Positions 1 through 12,347 of a stretch of DNA of 64,000 nt are shown piece after piece. The stretch is from Rhina ancylostomus. Its lineage: Eukaryota. Positions within the stretch are counted from its first letter, which is position 1. Every line of letters starts with the position of its first letter. Location of the stretch: positions 52,306,865 through 52,370,864 of the forward strand of contig JARFYF010000052.1 of NCBI GenBank assembly GCA_030265395.1. Direction: 5' to 3'. The notes under the pieces were generated by a model. That model worked only from the letters and a program-made list of their open reading frames with translations. It did no database searches and was not told the DNA's origin. The translations under genes and the position numbers were made by a program.

Positions 1-99
1 TTCCAAAATATATTGCAGGGCTCACAGTTGTCAAGTCATCTGATGGCACATATTCTGGACTGATGGGAGCACTAGTTTCCAGTCCTTAAATAAGCAAAT

Positions 100-650
100 T
101 GGGTCAGGAGACATTTCTAATTAAATGGGTTATACAAATACTATTGACCAATTATGGGTAATTTCAGACTCTGAGATAAACTTAGTGATTTTTTAGAAAT
201 CCAATGGAAAAATCAAGCACAGTCTACATGGAATTTCTAAAGACTGGACATCTTTGTCAAATTCACAGCCATTATAATGAACTAACAAAGGGAATACACT
301 ATACTTAATGTATGAGGATTTTCAAAGGCACAAAAATGTTTTATAAGACGTTATCTCTAAGTATTGTATCATAGAATTTGTAATGGTATGGATGGAAAGT
401 TGGTTAATACCCAGGAAAGCAGTGTAAGTTAGTGTTGCTTGTATTGGAGAAGGGTGTTAAGTGTTATGCTGATGGGTCAGTGCCTGGTCGAATCAAGCTT
501 ATATAAAAAAAAGTGATATCAAAATTTACTGTTAACATGAAGAAATATAAAAAGGGTTACTTGGATGGTTAGCAGAATCAACTTATAAATGGCAAACCCA
601 ATTAGATGTCAAAAAGTATGAAGTGATCACTTAGGCTGAAAGAAAAAAAA
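100..650 (+). mobile_element. Highly decayed CR1-type LINE RT fragment
   Basis: Degenerate CR1 ORF2 landmarks (catggaatttctaaagactgg; gattttcaaaggca; tggttaatacccaggaaagc; aaatggcaaacccaattagatgtcaaaaagtatgaagtgat). No open frame. Confidence 0.5.
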
Positions 651-1404
651 ACATAAACACTGAGAGAAACAGTGGAAGGCAGAGATTGGCTGAAAGTGCA
701 TATTTTCATCTCCAGTTGATAATACCAAATGCATAGTCACATCAGCACTTTGAACTCTGCCTCCAAAATTTATTCTACTGACTTAAATTTCAGAGATAGA
801 ATACAATATGTTGACATCACAAATTTAGTGCTGCCAACCAAGTATGAATATCTCAGCAATGGCTGAATCTGGCTGGCAAATGTCAACAGTTCCAATTGAA
901 AGAGCTGCCTTTCAGTAAAGCCTGAGCTTCCACTCACACACTCATTGCAGAAGTCTGAGACTCACTGAGTGTAGATGGTGCTGCATTTGTCACTACACCT
1001 GTCACTGGACTCCACATGCTGTCCAGAGTACAGTCCAGGAATCCCCACAGCATGCTGGGGAAACTGCCTTTCTGTCCTGTGCCAGGTTGGACCTATGTGC
1101 AGGATGGGAGATACTACTGATTTCAGTGGGGATTCTAAGCCTGTGAATTAGGATACAAAGGGAAAGGCATGCTCTTTCAAAATTTATTTTACTTTAGGTT
1201 ACTTCTTTTATTTATTTTAAATGCTTTTTGTTTATATTAATGTTTGTGAACATGTTCATTTATCTTTATTCTTTTTTTAATAATTTAAACTGTTTATTTT
1301 CAATATCTCTGAATGACAGGACAAATATTAAAGCTATTAACATACTTGATAGCTTTGCCCCTTAGTTTTGTCCTCCATCACAGCCTGTCAAGGGAATTCC
1401 TGGA

Positions 1405-1530
1405 GCAATACACAAAAGCACTGGAGGAACTCAGCAGGTCAGGCAGCATCTATGGAGGGAAATGGACAGTCGATGTTTCAGATCGAGACCCTTCATCTGG
1501 ACATTCCAGCATCTGCAGTCTCTCTAGTCT
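1405..1530 (-). mobile_element. Short Penelope-like terminal-repeat (pLTR) fragment with hammerhead-like motif
   Basis: Near-identical to 3005-3100 (ctggaggaactcagcaggtcaggcagcatct...gggaaatggacagtc...tttc.g.tcgaga..cttcatctggac), which is the end of the Penelope-like element. Confidence 0.7.
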
Positions 1531-2549
1531 CCAAGGGAATTCCTGGGTAGAGTATGAGATCTAATCCCCACTGAGAGCCGACAAGATATGCTCTCCACAT
1601 TTGAACCAAGTGTGCACAGTCATGCAGTGACTGCAGACAGCATTGTCCATTGAGACCTGGCTCATTAATTCCATGAAAGTGTAAGTGCAGATATACAAAG
1701 TTATAAGAAGGAAAAGACATCATTTGAAGTTTATGAACAGAGAAAAAGAATAGGAAACTAAAGGGCAGGGTCAAAGAGAAGAACACTGCTTTGAAACTGC
1801 ATAATTTTCCATTTCCTTCTCCACAAGCCTCCCATCAACATCTCCCTCCCTTTCCACCACCACCACCACCAACCATATCCCCACAGCACCAAAGTATAAG
1901 TCGACCATCCAAAAATGTAAGTGAAAATCTGTGGAACATATGTTAGCCACAACAAGTAATGTAGAAACTTTACCTGGAACTTGGCAAGTACTAAGCAGTC
2001 TGGAACACTTACTTGGAAACCTACACACCTCCCACAAAGATCCAGACTACCTCCCGAGGAAGTTAAAATAGAATCATAAACTAACAATCTTTTCACAATT
2101 CTTTACAAAGGATAATGAGACAGCCCCAGGTGAGCCATAGCAAGCAAGATCCTTGATAACTCTAGTCTAAAACAAAGGGAAGAAACTGGTCAACTTGCTA
2201 GAATTTTCAAAGAGCATGCTATTTTCAACATGTGCATACCAAACCAACGATCCTGATGGGATAATCATTCTCCCTAACAAACCATATGATGGAACTATAG
2301 TGACATCAAAAAGTATTCATAAAGTGCTTCAAAATCTTTTATCTCATAAACTGAATATCAGAAATAACACTACATTAACCATCTTTACAAAATAATGGTT
2401 ACATTTCAAAACTGAAGTTGATGATAAGGGGACACAAAGGTAAACAAATTCTGTTTGCAACAGGACGTTCCTAAGAAGCTAAGACCATGAAAATGCTATT
2501 TAATTGGTTAGATGTTCTGCAGTTTAGCTTGGTTTACTGTTCAGAAGGA

Positions 2550-2815
2550 AGATCTTTAACAACGATAGCTTCTTCCCCACTGCCATCAGGTTCTTGAAAC
2601 AACCTGAAAAACCCTAATTCTATCTCAGACTATATTTCCCTCAACTTCCACTAATGTCATTATGTCTATTTTTGTTTATTTTGTTGTTTAAGTTATGTAG
2701 AATTTGTTAATTTAAGTTTATGTAATTCATGTTTGTGATGTACTGTGCTGCAAAAAAAAACAAATTTTCATGGCATTTATACCCTGGGTATTATGACCAC
2801 GACAATAAACTGGAA
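2550..2815 (+). mobile_element. Rex-Babar-type LINE 3' end
   Basis: 'agcttcttccccactgccatcaggttcttgaa' reads SFFPTAIRFL, a typical ORF2 C-terminus, followed by an AT-rich tail ending 'gacaataaact'. The same tail recurs at 35340-35540 and 54030-54200. Confidence 0.55.
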
Positions 2816-3004
2816 CAAATATTTCCCCTGTATGTCCTCTGGAATGTTTAGAATCCCCAACAGAGGAGGTTTTATATTGTGGATGGAATGTGCCTGATGA
2901 ATTGGATGTTTTTTCCTGTTCTATGCCCTTGCACGCAGAAACAATTATGAGATAACTTAATCATTGTGAATTTACATAAACTAAACATGGAGAACTCTTA
3001 TGTA

Positions 3005-4990
3005 AAAAACAAAATGCTGGAGGAACTCAGCAGATCAGGCAGCGTTTCTGGAGGGAAATGGACAGTCACCGTTTCGGGTCGAGATCTTTCATCTGGACTG
3101 AAAGATAGAGGTGAGAGGAAGGTGTGCATCAAGAGCTGGCAANNNNNNNNNNNNNNNNNNNNNNNNNNNNNNNNNNNNNNNNNNNNNNNNNNNNNNNNNN
3201 GTGAGAGGTTGGGAGGTGAGAGAGAGATAGAGGCAAAAAAGGGCTGCAAATGATAGAAGCTGATAGGAAAGGAAGGTGCAGCAAGGAACCAAATAAGGGA
3301 GGAAGAGTGGACAAAATGGAATAGTGGGGGAAGAGGACCCAAAGGGAGGAGCTTGTGGGTGATGGGCAGATGGAGTGGGTACAGCAAGGGAAAGAAGCAG
3401 GGTGATGGGGGGCTGGGGTGGGTGTAGGAGAAACTGGGTAGATCAGAAGGAGAGAGAAAAAGGGACAAAGGTGGAGCAGGTTACCTGAAGTTGATGAATT
3501 CAGTGTTCATGCCACTGAGTTTTAGACTACCCAGGCAGAATATGAGGTGCAGTTCCTCTATTTTAGCCTCACCTTGGCAGTGAAGGAGGCTGAGGACAGA
3601 TAGGTCGGAGTGAGAATTAAGAGGGGAATTAAAATGGCTAGCAACCAGGAGCTCTACATGGTCATGGCAGATGGAGCGCAAACAGATGCTCGGTTAAGTG
3701 GTTGCCTAGTCTGCATTTGATCTCACCAACATAGACGAGGCCGCCTCAAGAGCGCCAAATACAATAAACAAGGTTGGAAGAGTGCATGTGAATCTCTGTC
3801 TCACCTGGAAGGGCTGTTTAGGGCCCTGGATGGAGTGAGAGTGGAAGCGTTGGGGACAGGTGTTACACCTACTACTGTTGCAGGGGCAAGTGCCTGGGAG
3901 AGGAAGGGATGAGCGAACCAGGCAGTCGCAGGGAGAGTGGCCCCTGCAGAAAGCAGAAAGGGGTGGGGAGGTGAAGATGTGGCTGGTGGTGGAGGAATCG
4001 CGTTGTAGCTGGCAGAAATGTCAAAGAATGATGTGCTGGATGTGTGGGGTGGTGGGGAGAAAGCTAATGACCAAGGGAACTCTATCCCTGTTCTGTCTGG
4101 GGGGAGGTGGGGAAAGAGAAGTGCAGGAAAGAGAGGAGATGCAGGTGAGGGCTCCATCAACTACAGTGGAGGGGAGGGGGAAGACCCATTTTTTGAAAAA
4201 GGAGGACATCTTAGATTCCTGGAGTGGAAGGCCTCAATTCCAGAACAGATGTGGCAGAGACAGAGGAACTGAGAGAAAGGAATGACGTCCTTACAAAGGA
4301 CAGGGTGGGAGAAGGTATGGTCAAGGTAGCTGTGGGAGTCAGTGAATTTGTAGTAAATGTCCGTGGATAGTCGGTCTCCCGAGATGGAGACAGAAGAGAG
4401 ACGTGGGAGAGAGGTGTCGGAAATGGACCAAGTGAATCTGAGGAAAAGGTGGAAGTTGGTAGCGAAGTTGATGAAATTGGCGAGTTTAACATGGCTGCAT
4501 GAGGCAGCATCAATGCAGTCATCCACGCAGCAGACAAAGAGTTGGGGAGTGGTCCCAGAGTAGGGTGGAACAAAGACTGCTCCTAGTGGCCAACAAAAAG
4601 GCAGGCAGAGCTAGGGCCCATGCGAGTGACAATGGCTACACCTTAGATTTGTAGAAAGTGGGAGGAATCAAAAGAGAAGTTGTTCAGGGCAAGCACAAGT
4701 TCTGCCAGGTACAGAAGGGTGTTGGTAGAGGGGAACTGGTTGTATCTGTATTCTAGAAGGAAACAAAGAGCCCCAAGTCCTTCCTGATGGTGGATGGATA
4801 TCCATGGTGAAGGTGAGGCAGTGGGGGCCAGAAAATTGAAAGTTGTTAAAATGGTGGAGAGCATGTGAGGTGTCTTGGATATAGGTGGGAAGCAACTGGA
4901 CAAGAGGGGGGAACAAGAGAGAGTCTAGGTATGAGGAGACTTCAATGGGGGAAGAGCAGCCAGAAACAGGGAGCCTACCAGGCCAGGGCA
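3005..4990 (-). mobile_element. Penelope-like retroelement (decayed; RT C-terminus, GIY-YIG endonuclease and terminal repeat)
   Basis: Minus-strand peptides LAELVLALNNFSFDSSHFLQI and TDIYYKFTDSHSYLDHTFSHPVLCKDVIPFSQFLCLCHICS match the PLE RT/thumb region. Around 3680-3785, SSNLVYCIWRS*GGLVYVGEIKCRLGNHLTEHL matches GIY-YIG. Frameshifts and stops are present. Confidence 0.85.
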
Positions 4991-5629
4991 GTCTTGTTTG
5001 TGAATCTTGGAAAGGAATTAGAAATGGGCAGTAGGGGTTTCTCCCCAGCTATAATGAAAAAGCAAGAATTATGTACATCAGAGGAAGGGCATAATATAAA
5101 ATGAATATGTAACAAGTAAATATTCAACAATTATGGGAAAAAATCATGTGCTATGTAACAGTTCTTCACCTTAACATACTGCTTCCAGATGTTCTATGCT
5201 ATATTTTCTCATATTTCTCTCCAAAAATATTTTGGGATATGTATTATTTAGAATATGACATGCAGAAAGTACAATGTGCATGGATGTTGCAAGCAATTTT
5301 GCAAATCTGGTCTCCAAAACTCTGCATTGCAGGGAATGTCCCATGTCAAAGTTTGTTGTAGATTAATTGATCGAGATTGATTGCGATTATTAACTTTTAA
5401 GTCCATCACTGATATACCATTTAATTACCAGGATGGTAGTAGTTAAGTTAGATAAACTAGTCTTTTTTCATCCAGAAATCCCTGTCTTCCCCAACACCTG
5501 AAATTAGATAATAGAGCAGTGGAAAATTTGGCAGGAAATCTAACTGTGACACCCTCACATAAATGAGATTTTCCATTTCTTGTGATAGCAAGGAATTCAG
5601 TCAACATTATGTTTACTTCCCATTTCATG

Positions 5630-5890
5630 TAAATGTTGACCAAGAAGCCAGAAACTGTTCCATTTTCTTTGGCTCCAACATCCATTCTGCCAATCACAGT
5701 CAGGAAAGGAAGGATAGTAACACAGGTAGGACCTGTAAGGCCCAACTGGCTTTATGAAGAGATAGTAACAATAGGCCTCAACTCAGTGCCTAAAAACATG
5801 CTTGCTTTTCTGTTTGACCCTTATAAGGAACCCTGGATTCCCCCCTTCTTCATCAAAGATGCCTCAAGTAACTTTGGTGCACATTACAAA
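5630..5890 (+). mobile_element. Possible very old Gypsy LTR-retrotransposon pol remnant
   Basis: The ORF contains KPETVPFSL (resembles KARPVPFAL upstream of Gypsy RT) and DASSNFGA (resembles RNase H DASxxGLGA). The spacing is much too short for an intact pol, so this is weak. Confidence 0.25.
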
Positions 5891-7449
5891 ATAATGACTT
5901 CAGGATAGTGGTCAAATCAAGACAGCTGCAGAAGACATGCCGTTCCCTTCTTCTTCCTAGCTGCAAGTATTAATTTACATTCCTCCCAAGACCAAATTGA
6001 CAAAGTATGCCCTTAACTCTATCTGATATTCAGCCAGTCCTAATCCCAATAAANNNNNNNNNNNNNNNNNNNNNNNNNNNNNNNNNNNNNNNNNNNNNNN
6101 NNNNNNNNNNNNNNNNNNNNNNNNNNNNNNNNNNNNNNNNNNNNNNNNNNNNNCCAAGAAACAGGTGTAAATTAGAGGAATTTTTATTCTATTCTGCACA
6201 ATAACCCTGTACACAAACAATTTTTTTGGTGTCTGTACCTGAAAAAGGTGAAGCAATGTAAATTTAATGCATAGGGCCTTTGCTGCAATTTTTTCTCTAA
6301 CAGATAAGGGGCAAACTGCCCTCATAAAAACCTGACACTACTGCTGTTGTTTTGGTGATACTGCTATTCTGCTTTCTTTACAGAAAATGCCCCATTTGGA
6401 GTGTTCCCAGTATTCAACAAAGTTGCTTGCAAAAAGGATTAACTAGATTTGATTTTACTGAAGGATTAGGAGATCAAGGAACATAATTCTTTAGTCAGTG
6501 GGAGATGAGAAAGCAAACATTTTAATGGCAGTGGGGAATGGTTCTTGGGGAGCCATTTCTTGAATCATTTCAGCGAATTTCTTGATACCCACAAGGAAAA
6601 AGTTTTTTTTTAAAAAGAGTTACAATGAACAAAAGACCCTCAAATATGGCTGCCAAACCTTTATAATGCAAACGCAATAACACTTATACACTCTGGGCAA
6701 GTGCCACATTATAAAATGTCTTGTGATGAAACATCTGGGAATAACATTGGACAAAACTTTCAACTAGGCGAGAGCATAATACAATGAATATCAAATTGCT
6801 GCCTTCTTATAAACTGCACCCAATTTTCCTTTCCAAGGAAGTCATGTGTGATGGTTCTTATACCATATGCTTTGTACCACTCCTGTTGAAAATTTTACCA
6901 AATGTGTAACAGAATGCAGCTGTCAAGCCTGTTTCACCAATTTGAGGAACGGCATTTTATACAAATTCCTTTCAATTGTTGGTTTTTGAAGTTTTTGATC
7001 CCTGTATGAACATACTAGTTTCAAAGGCAATAACCCAATATCTGAGAATTAATCACAACCTCCACATTTTCTAACCCCATGCCTGCCCCCTGCCCCTCCC
7101 TCTCGCACCATCCCCAACCCTTCTCCATACTGTCATAAATGTCTGTGCATACCAGGAGAAAGAGTTAACTAACATTGTCACTCTCCAACTATACCAACAA
7201 TGCAAATTTATCAAGGCACAATCCATGTATACTTAATTCCATTTTCTCACTCCATGATAGTCCAAATCATGCACACTACCAATTTGTATTATTCTAATAC
7301 CTTTCAACTTACAATGAAGCAAAAATAACTTCAGAGCTGGATTCTAATGAATTGAGTGCCACAGTGTGAAAATATAGGATAAAGCCTTCTCACATTGTTG
7401 AGTTTTACTTCAAGTGGAGTAAAGCTCTGTTGCGCTCTCAAGTCAGTTT

Positions 7450-7960
7450 CAAGAAACATAAGGGTCATTGGAACAAAGAAACTGAAGTAAATCATTCAAC
7501 TTCTCAAGCCTTTTCCACCTTTCAATTGAACCATGGCTGCTCTCTGCCTTAGCTCTATTTACCTGCCATGGTTACATATCCCTTAATACTCCTATATAAT
7601 CTGTTTCTATCAATTATAGTTCTGAAATGTTAAATTAATCCAACCTCAGAAGTTTCTCAGGGAAAAGAGTTCCAGATTCTCACTACATTTTGTGCAGTGA
7701 GGTAGTTTCTGGCACTGCACCTAAATGGCCTGGTTTTATCTCTTGTTCTGGAACTTGCCTATTGGAAAATAATTTCTATCTATTCTTTCAAATCCTTAAC
7801 CAGTTCAATTGGATCATATCTTTATTTTGTACAATAGGGGATTACAAACATAGTCTATGCAATCTGTTCTTATAATGTAACCCTTTTGACCTCGGTGAAT
7901 CTGTCTTGCACCACTACCAGTACTTACTTTGAGGTTCATTGAACATTTGATAAGCTCAAG
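7450..7960 (-). mobile_element. Decayed CR1 LINE 3' fragment
   Basis: Reverse-strand CR1 3' landmarks (gggaaaagagttccagattctcactac; cctcggtgaatctgtcttgcaccac). Confidence 0.55.
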
Positions 7961-8269
7961 CTTAGGTTTTCCATCACTCTTCTCAAAATATCTGTTTTGA
8001 AATTCCCCTTTTTATTTTTTCTCTATTAAGCACCAAGCCTATAATTCATCTGGTAGGTAAGTAACTCACCCTAATCCTATTCTGCCAATGCCAGTTATAA
8101 AGTATATCATCCAGTCCACAAGAGTAAATATGTAGTATCCCCTTCTTCCCCCAATCTAAAAGGACAGTTTAAAGCAGGCTGCAAACTGATTTTGTATTTA
8201 TACCTCAATGTATAAATAAAATATAATTTTTCACTATTAATTCTGAAAGTATTCTCAGCCTTCCTTGAC

Positions 8270-8670
8270 TTAATGGCAGCACTTTTGCTTCTCCATCAAC
8301 TGGCTGTACGTTGAAGCCCCACTTCAATTGCCCCAGCATGTGGTTACAAACTTCAGCACAGTAATAGCGAAATACTCCACTATCACAGGTGCCATTTTTT
8401 GGATGGGATCTTGAAACGACAACACATAATTTCAAGATATAAGATGAACTCAGGAATTATCCTGATGCTCTAGCTAACATTTATTCTAAGTAACACCATT
8501 TTTCTAATATATGTTGTTGCTGGTTTTGGGACTTTACTGAACACAAATTGGCCAAAATGAATGCATGTGATAAAAACAAGGGTCCCCACTTTGAGTACTT
8601 TATTGGCTGTAAAGTGCTTTGGAATATAAGAATCAGGAAGGCACTACATGAATGCAAGCTTGTTTCTATT
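8270..8670 (+). mobile_element. Deu-domain SINE (SacSINE1/AmnSINE1-like), near full length, old
   Basis: Three parts occur in the expected order: a tRNA-like head (gcacttttgcttct...gttgaagccccact), a Deu core (caggtgccattttttggatgggatcttgaaac) and an L2-like tail (tactttattggctgtaaagtgctttgga...gcactacatgaatgcaag). Matched from recall of the consensus. Confidence 0.65.
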
Positions 8671-8823
8671 TTTTAATATATACACGTGATGAAAAATTGC
8701 TAGAAATACACACCAGGTCAATCATTACCTGAAAGATGAATCAACCTTGATCTTCTTCTCCTGTGATACAATTTTATCTGAAATACTAACCTGTCTCAGT
8801 CTTTAAAAAAATTGGATGAGTAG

Positions 8824-8826
<3 letters not shown>

Positions 8827-8864
<38 letters not shown>
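8827..8864. repeat. (TG)n microsatellite
   Basis: Directly visible. Confidence 0.95.
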
Positions 8865-8865
<1 letters not shown>

Positions 8866-9669
8866 TACATATGTGCCAAGTATAGGTAACATTTATTATT
8901 ATCTTCAATTTTTTGGTAAAAGTTTCTTCATAATAATAAAAGAAATTCATGTATTCCATAATTTGTCAATAAAAAATCTTTTACCAATCAGATTACACCT
9001 GCCTGCCACACTGCCCCTGTGGTTGCGCTGATCTCTGATCCTGTAGAGCAACTGAACTTGTAATCAATCCCTTATCTTGCCGACCCTGTTTGACCATGAG
9101 TGCTAGATTGCACCCTACTACTAGTGTCTGAAGTCATAGAGTCATTCAGCACAGAAACGGGTCCTTCAGCCCACCATATCCATGTCAACCTTTTTGCCCA
9201 TCTACACTAATCATATTTGCCCATATTAAGATCCTCTCCAAGGGTTAACGCAGTACTAAATAAAACTTATGGAAAAAGCATGATCTTCCACAAGCCACTC
9301 AGGACATTTATGTAGCTCCATGTAGAATAAACATTGCAATTACTGAATGGTAAAAAATTAACAATTTGCTAAACTATGTATGTAAATTGATGAAACAGAG
9401 TCCCAGCAGTACTACAGAAACTGCAAGATAAAGGTCCTTGATAAAATATGTCTTTGATAAAAAGATTTTCCCTATCTCAAAAAATCCCCAAGCACTTTAC
9501 AGTCAATAATATACTTTTAAAGCACAGCTACCCTTGCAATGTCCAAAACAATCAACTTTTACATACTTGCAAAAATAGTAATGACCAAATAGCAACTAGA
9601 TATTCAGCCACAGAGCACCATGTTCTTATCCCCTACACAATAAAATTATTTTAAAAACTATTTTATTCA

Positions 9670-10350
9670 CTTGTTTGTGATATATGTTAATGATTTGGAC
9701 AAAATGTAGCTGGGCTGATGCATAGGTTTGCAGGTGACACAATAATTGGCAAAGTTATGGATTGTGAAGAAGGTTGTCAAGGGATTGAGCAGGACATAGC
9801 CCAGTTGAAAATATTCAGAGAAATGGCAGATGGAGTTTAATCCAGACAAGTGTGAAGTGTTGCACTTTGAGAGATCAAATGCAAGAGGAAAGTATGCAGT
9901 AAATATTTGGACCCTTAGAGGCACTGATGTACAGAACAATTTTGAGGTGCAAGTCCATAGCTTCCTGAAAGTGGCAACACAAGTAGATAGGGTTTTAAAG
10001 AAGGTGTATGGCAGACTTGCCTTCATCGGTCGAGGTGTTGAGTACAAGAGTCAGGAAGTCATATTGTTGCTGTATAAAACTTTGGTTAGGCCACAAATTG
10101 AGAGGTGTGTGCAGTTCTGGTTGCCACATTAGAGGAAGGATGTGGAGTCTTTGGAGAAGGTGCAGAAAAGTTTTACCAGGATGTTGCCTGATTAGAGGCT
10201 ATTAGCTATCAGGAGAGGTTGGATGAACTTGGATTGTTTTCCCTGGAGTGCCAGAGGCTGAGGGGCAACCTGAGAGAAGTATATAAAGTTATGAAAGGCA
10301 TAGATAGGGTAGATAGTCATAGCCTTTTTCTTCAGGGTGGAAACGTCAAA
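9670..10350 (+). mobile_element. CR1 LINE ORF2 3' fragment
   Basis: Reads MEFNPDKCEVLHF...QVDRVLKKVYGRLAFIGRGVEYKSQEVILLLYKTLVRPQIERCVQFWLPH, a canonical CR1 RT C-terminus. Confidence 0.9.
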
Positions 10351-10752
10351 TACTTAATATCAAATATGAGGCTGGAGTTCACAAACTCCCACCCCAGAGA
10401 TGACAGTAATACCACCGAGTCTACCCGACACCATGTGATTAAATCTTTAATTTATTTTGAGGACCTTCCAGCACTATCTACCCAGAACATCATAAAAGCC
10501 TTTTGATCAACAATGTTCACTCCAGCAACATCGTGCATTAAAAAATGCACAATATAATCCAAAATATCTAAAACAGTGAAAAAATTGTTAGTGAATCAAA
10601 GCTATTTGCACAGCATTACAAATTAACAATCTAACAACTTCTGTGTGTTCTTCAGTTTTGCAACGTCATATATCTACTCATTGAGTACTCATTTCATAAT
10701 AAGGAAAAGGATTACATTTGTATATAGTCTCCTCCAATGTCAAGTAAATTAC

Positions 10753-10924
10753 CTGGAACTCCGCAGTTTGACATGTTGGTATGATGCCTTTGTCGAATGG
10801 AGGAACGCTTGTAAACAACATGAGGGTGGCCTTCGCCATATGTAAAGTCACTGTTATTGTCCTTAGATATATTCTGTAATGGCTCAATGAAATACTGATC
10901 CTCTTCTGTTACAATAACACCATG
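10753..10924 (-). CDS. ADAMTS6: ADAMTS6 third coding exon (end of prodomain), 172 nt, phase 0 to 1
   Basis: Acceptor ttcccaag|CAT, donor CCA G|gtaatt. Translates HGVIVTEEDQYFIEPLQNISKDNNSDFTYGEGHPHVVYKRSSIRQRHHTNMSNCGVP, matching ADAMTS6 HGVIATEDEEYFIEPL...GHPHVIYK...CGV. I found no further ADAMTS6 exon at 1-10750, so the gene continues off the left edge. Confidence 0.95.
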
Positions 10925-11982
10925 CTTGGGAAAACAAAACATATCATTACTACATATTAGAACATATAATTATTTTTAATTAGGGCCAAAAACTCATCCT
11001 GAAAAGTTCAGGATAGAGATGTATCTGAGCTGTGGATTATGTATTTTCCAAATTTAAATCAGTATTTTAAGAAAAGTCATCACAAAAAAGTGAATAATTA
11101 GATTGTTAACAATGTATTTTACAGCTAATACTTAGGAAGATAATAAAAAAAATAAAATTTGGAAAATATTAATCTGGACAGTTAAAAGCTCCATTTTCTT
11201 TCAACACATTGCTTTCAAATTGGTATTTTTTCTATTCATCTTGTTGCTTAAGTGCTTGAACATTTATTTGCTGAGTGATTACAAAGCAAAGCTTTGGTTG
11301 TTATTCATTCTCCACTTTTCTTCCAAAAATTGAGTCAATGCTGATTTCAATGTATTTTAGTACTTTGAACTAACTGACTAGGTATCTGCAATAGTGATTT
11401 GTACCCAAACCAAATTCAAAACCAATGAAATATTAAGAGAGAGTAACTATCCATGCAGCAAAACTTATTTATATTCCTTGTAAATTAGCAGAGGCATATT
11501 GTTCCCTTCCAGTGGCCATATCTGTTTATGGTAAGATATACATCATTTGCAAACATGAAAAAAAGATCTGATCAATCTTCCAACTAATGCTGTTCTTACA
11601 ATACCGCCAAGATATATGTTGTTTAATTAAACTGCTGAATCGGCATTGAACCTTTTTTCAGAAGCCTGTACTTTGGAACGCTACACAGGAATTTCGGTTT
11701 TTCTACTTGCTTCTGAATAACATTCTGTCTGCAGAGGCCAGTGAAAGGGACCTGCCTCTTTAAGATCTGGCTACCCTTCCCACTGTGGTGGATCATATGC
11801 AAATTAGCCATGTGCATCCTACAGCGGGGCAGCTGCTTGTGTTTCCTCTCCTGCAACAATTCCATCGGTGCAGTTAAAATTTCTGGCTGAAACTGATAAC
11901 AATTTATACTTTACGAAGCAAAGCAACCAAATGATTAAAACAGCTTCCCATATTGGAAAATCAAGCTTAATGTTCTACTCAC

Positions 11983-12347
11983 CAGACCATTACAGTTGCT
12001 TAAAGCCACTTTTGTAGTGCTGTGCTCATGTTTTACATATCCCACGTAATAGCAGTTATCAATAAAATCGTGTTTCCATTCTGGACCATCATTCCCCCAA
12101 TATTCTACGATAAAATGTCTGGAGATTAATTTAGTGTTTAAATTTAAGTTTAAATGAAAGTGCTTTCCATAGGCGGACAGTCTGTAAAATAATTTAGAAT
12201 CGGTTGGATCTCGGGGTGTAACATCCGAACTTCTCCTTCGCCTTGAATGCCTATAGTTTTTCCCACTGTCGTTCAGGAAATCTCCGTTATGGTCCACTCG
12301 GACAGGAACCGTTAGCTGATAATGTTCAAGGTAAGAAAGGAATTCCT
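11983..12347 (-). CDS. ADAMTS6: ADAMTS6 second coding exon (prodomain with RRRR furin-type site), 365 nt, phase 1 to 0
   Basis: Acceptor tttcaaag|AG GAA TTC, donor CTG|gtgagt. Translates [22 protein letters not shown]...HSRRRRS...[17 protein letters not shown]...[19 protein letters not shown]...[13 protein letters not shown]. 97+365 nt gives 154 whole codons. Confidence 0.97.

Noticed and set aside
1771-2037. Minus-strand ORF containing VSTLLVVAN, superficially like ADAMTS VETLVVAD
   Set aside because: No preceding RxKRS or following KMMVGYHG and no suitable splice sites; chance match.
8729-8777. 49-nt cassette bounded by tttcag| and |gtaatg on the ADAMTS6 strand (possible poison exon)
   Set aside because: No homology, frame-shifting length, weak polypyrimidine tract. 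Such pseudo-exons are common and cannot be supported without RNA data.
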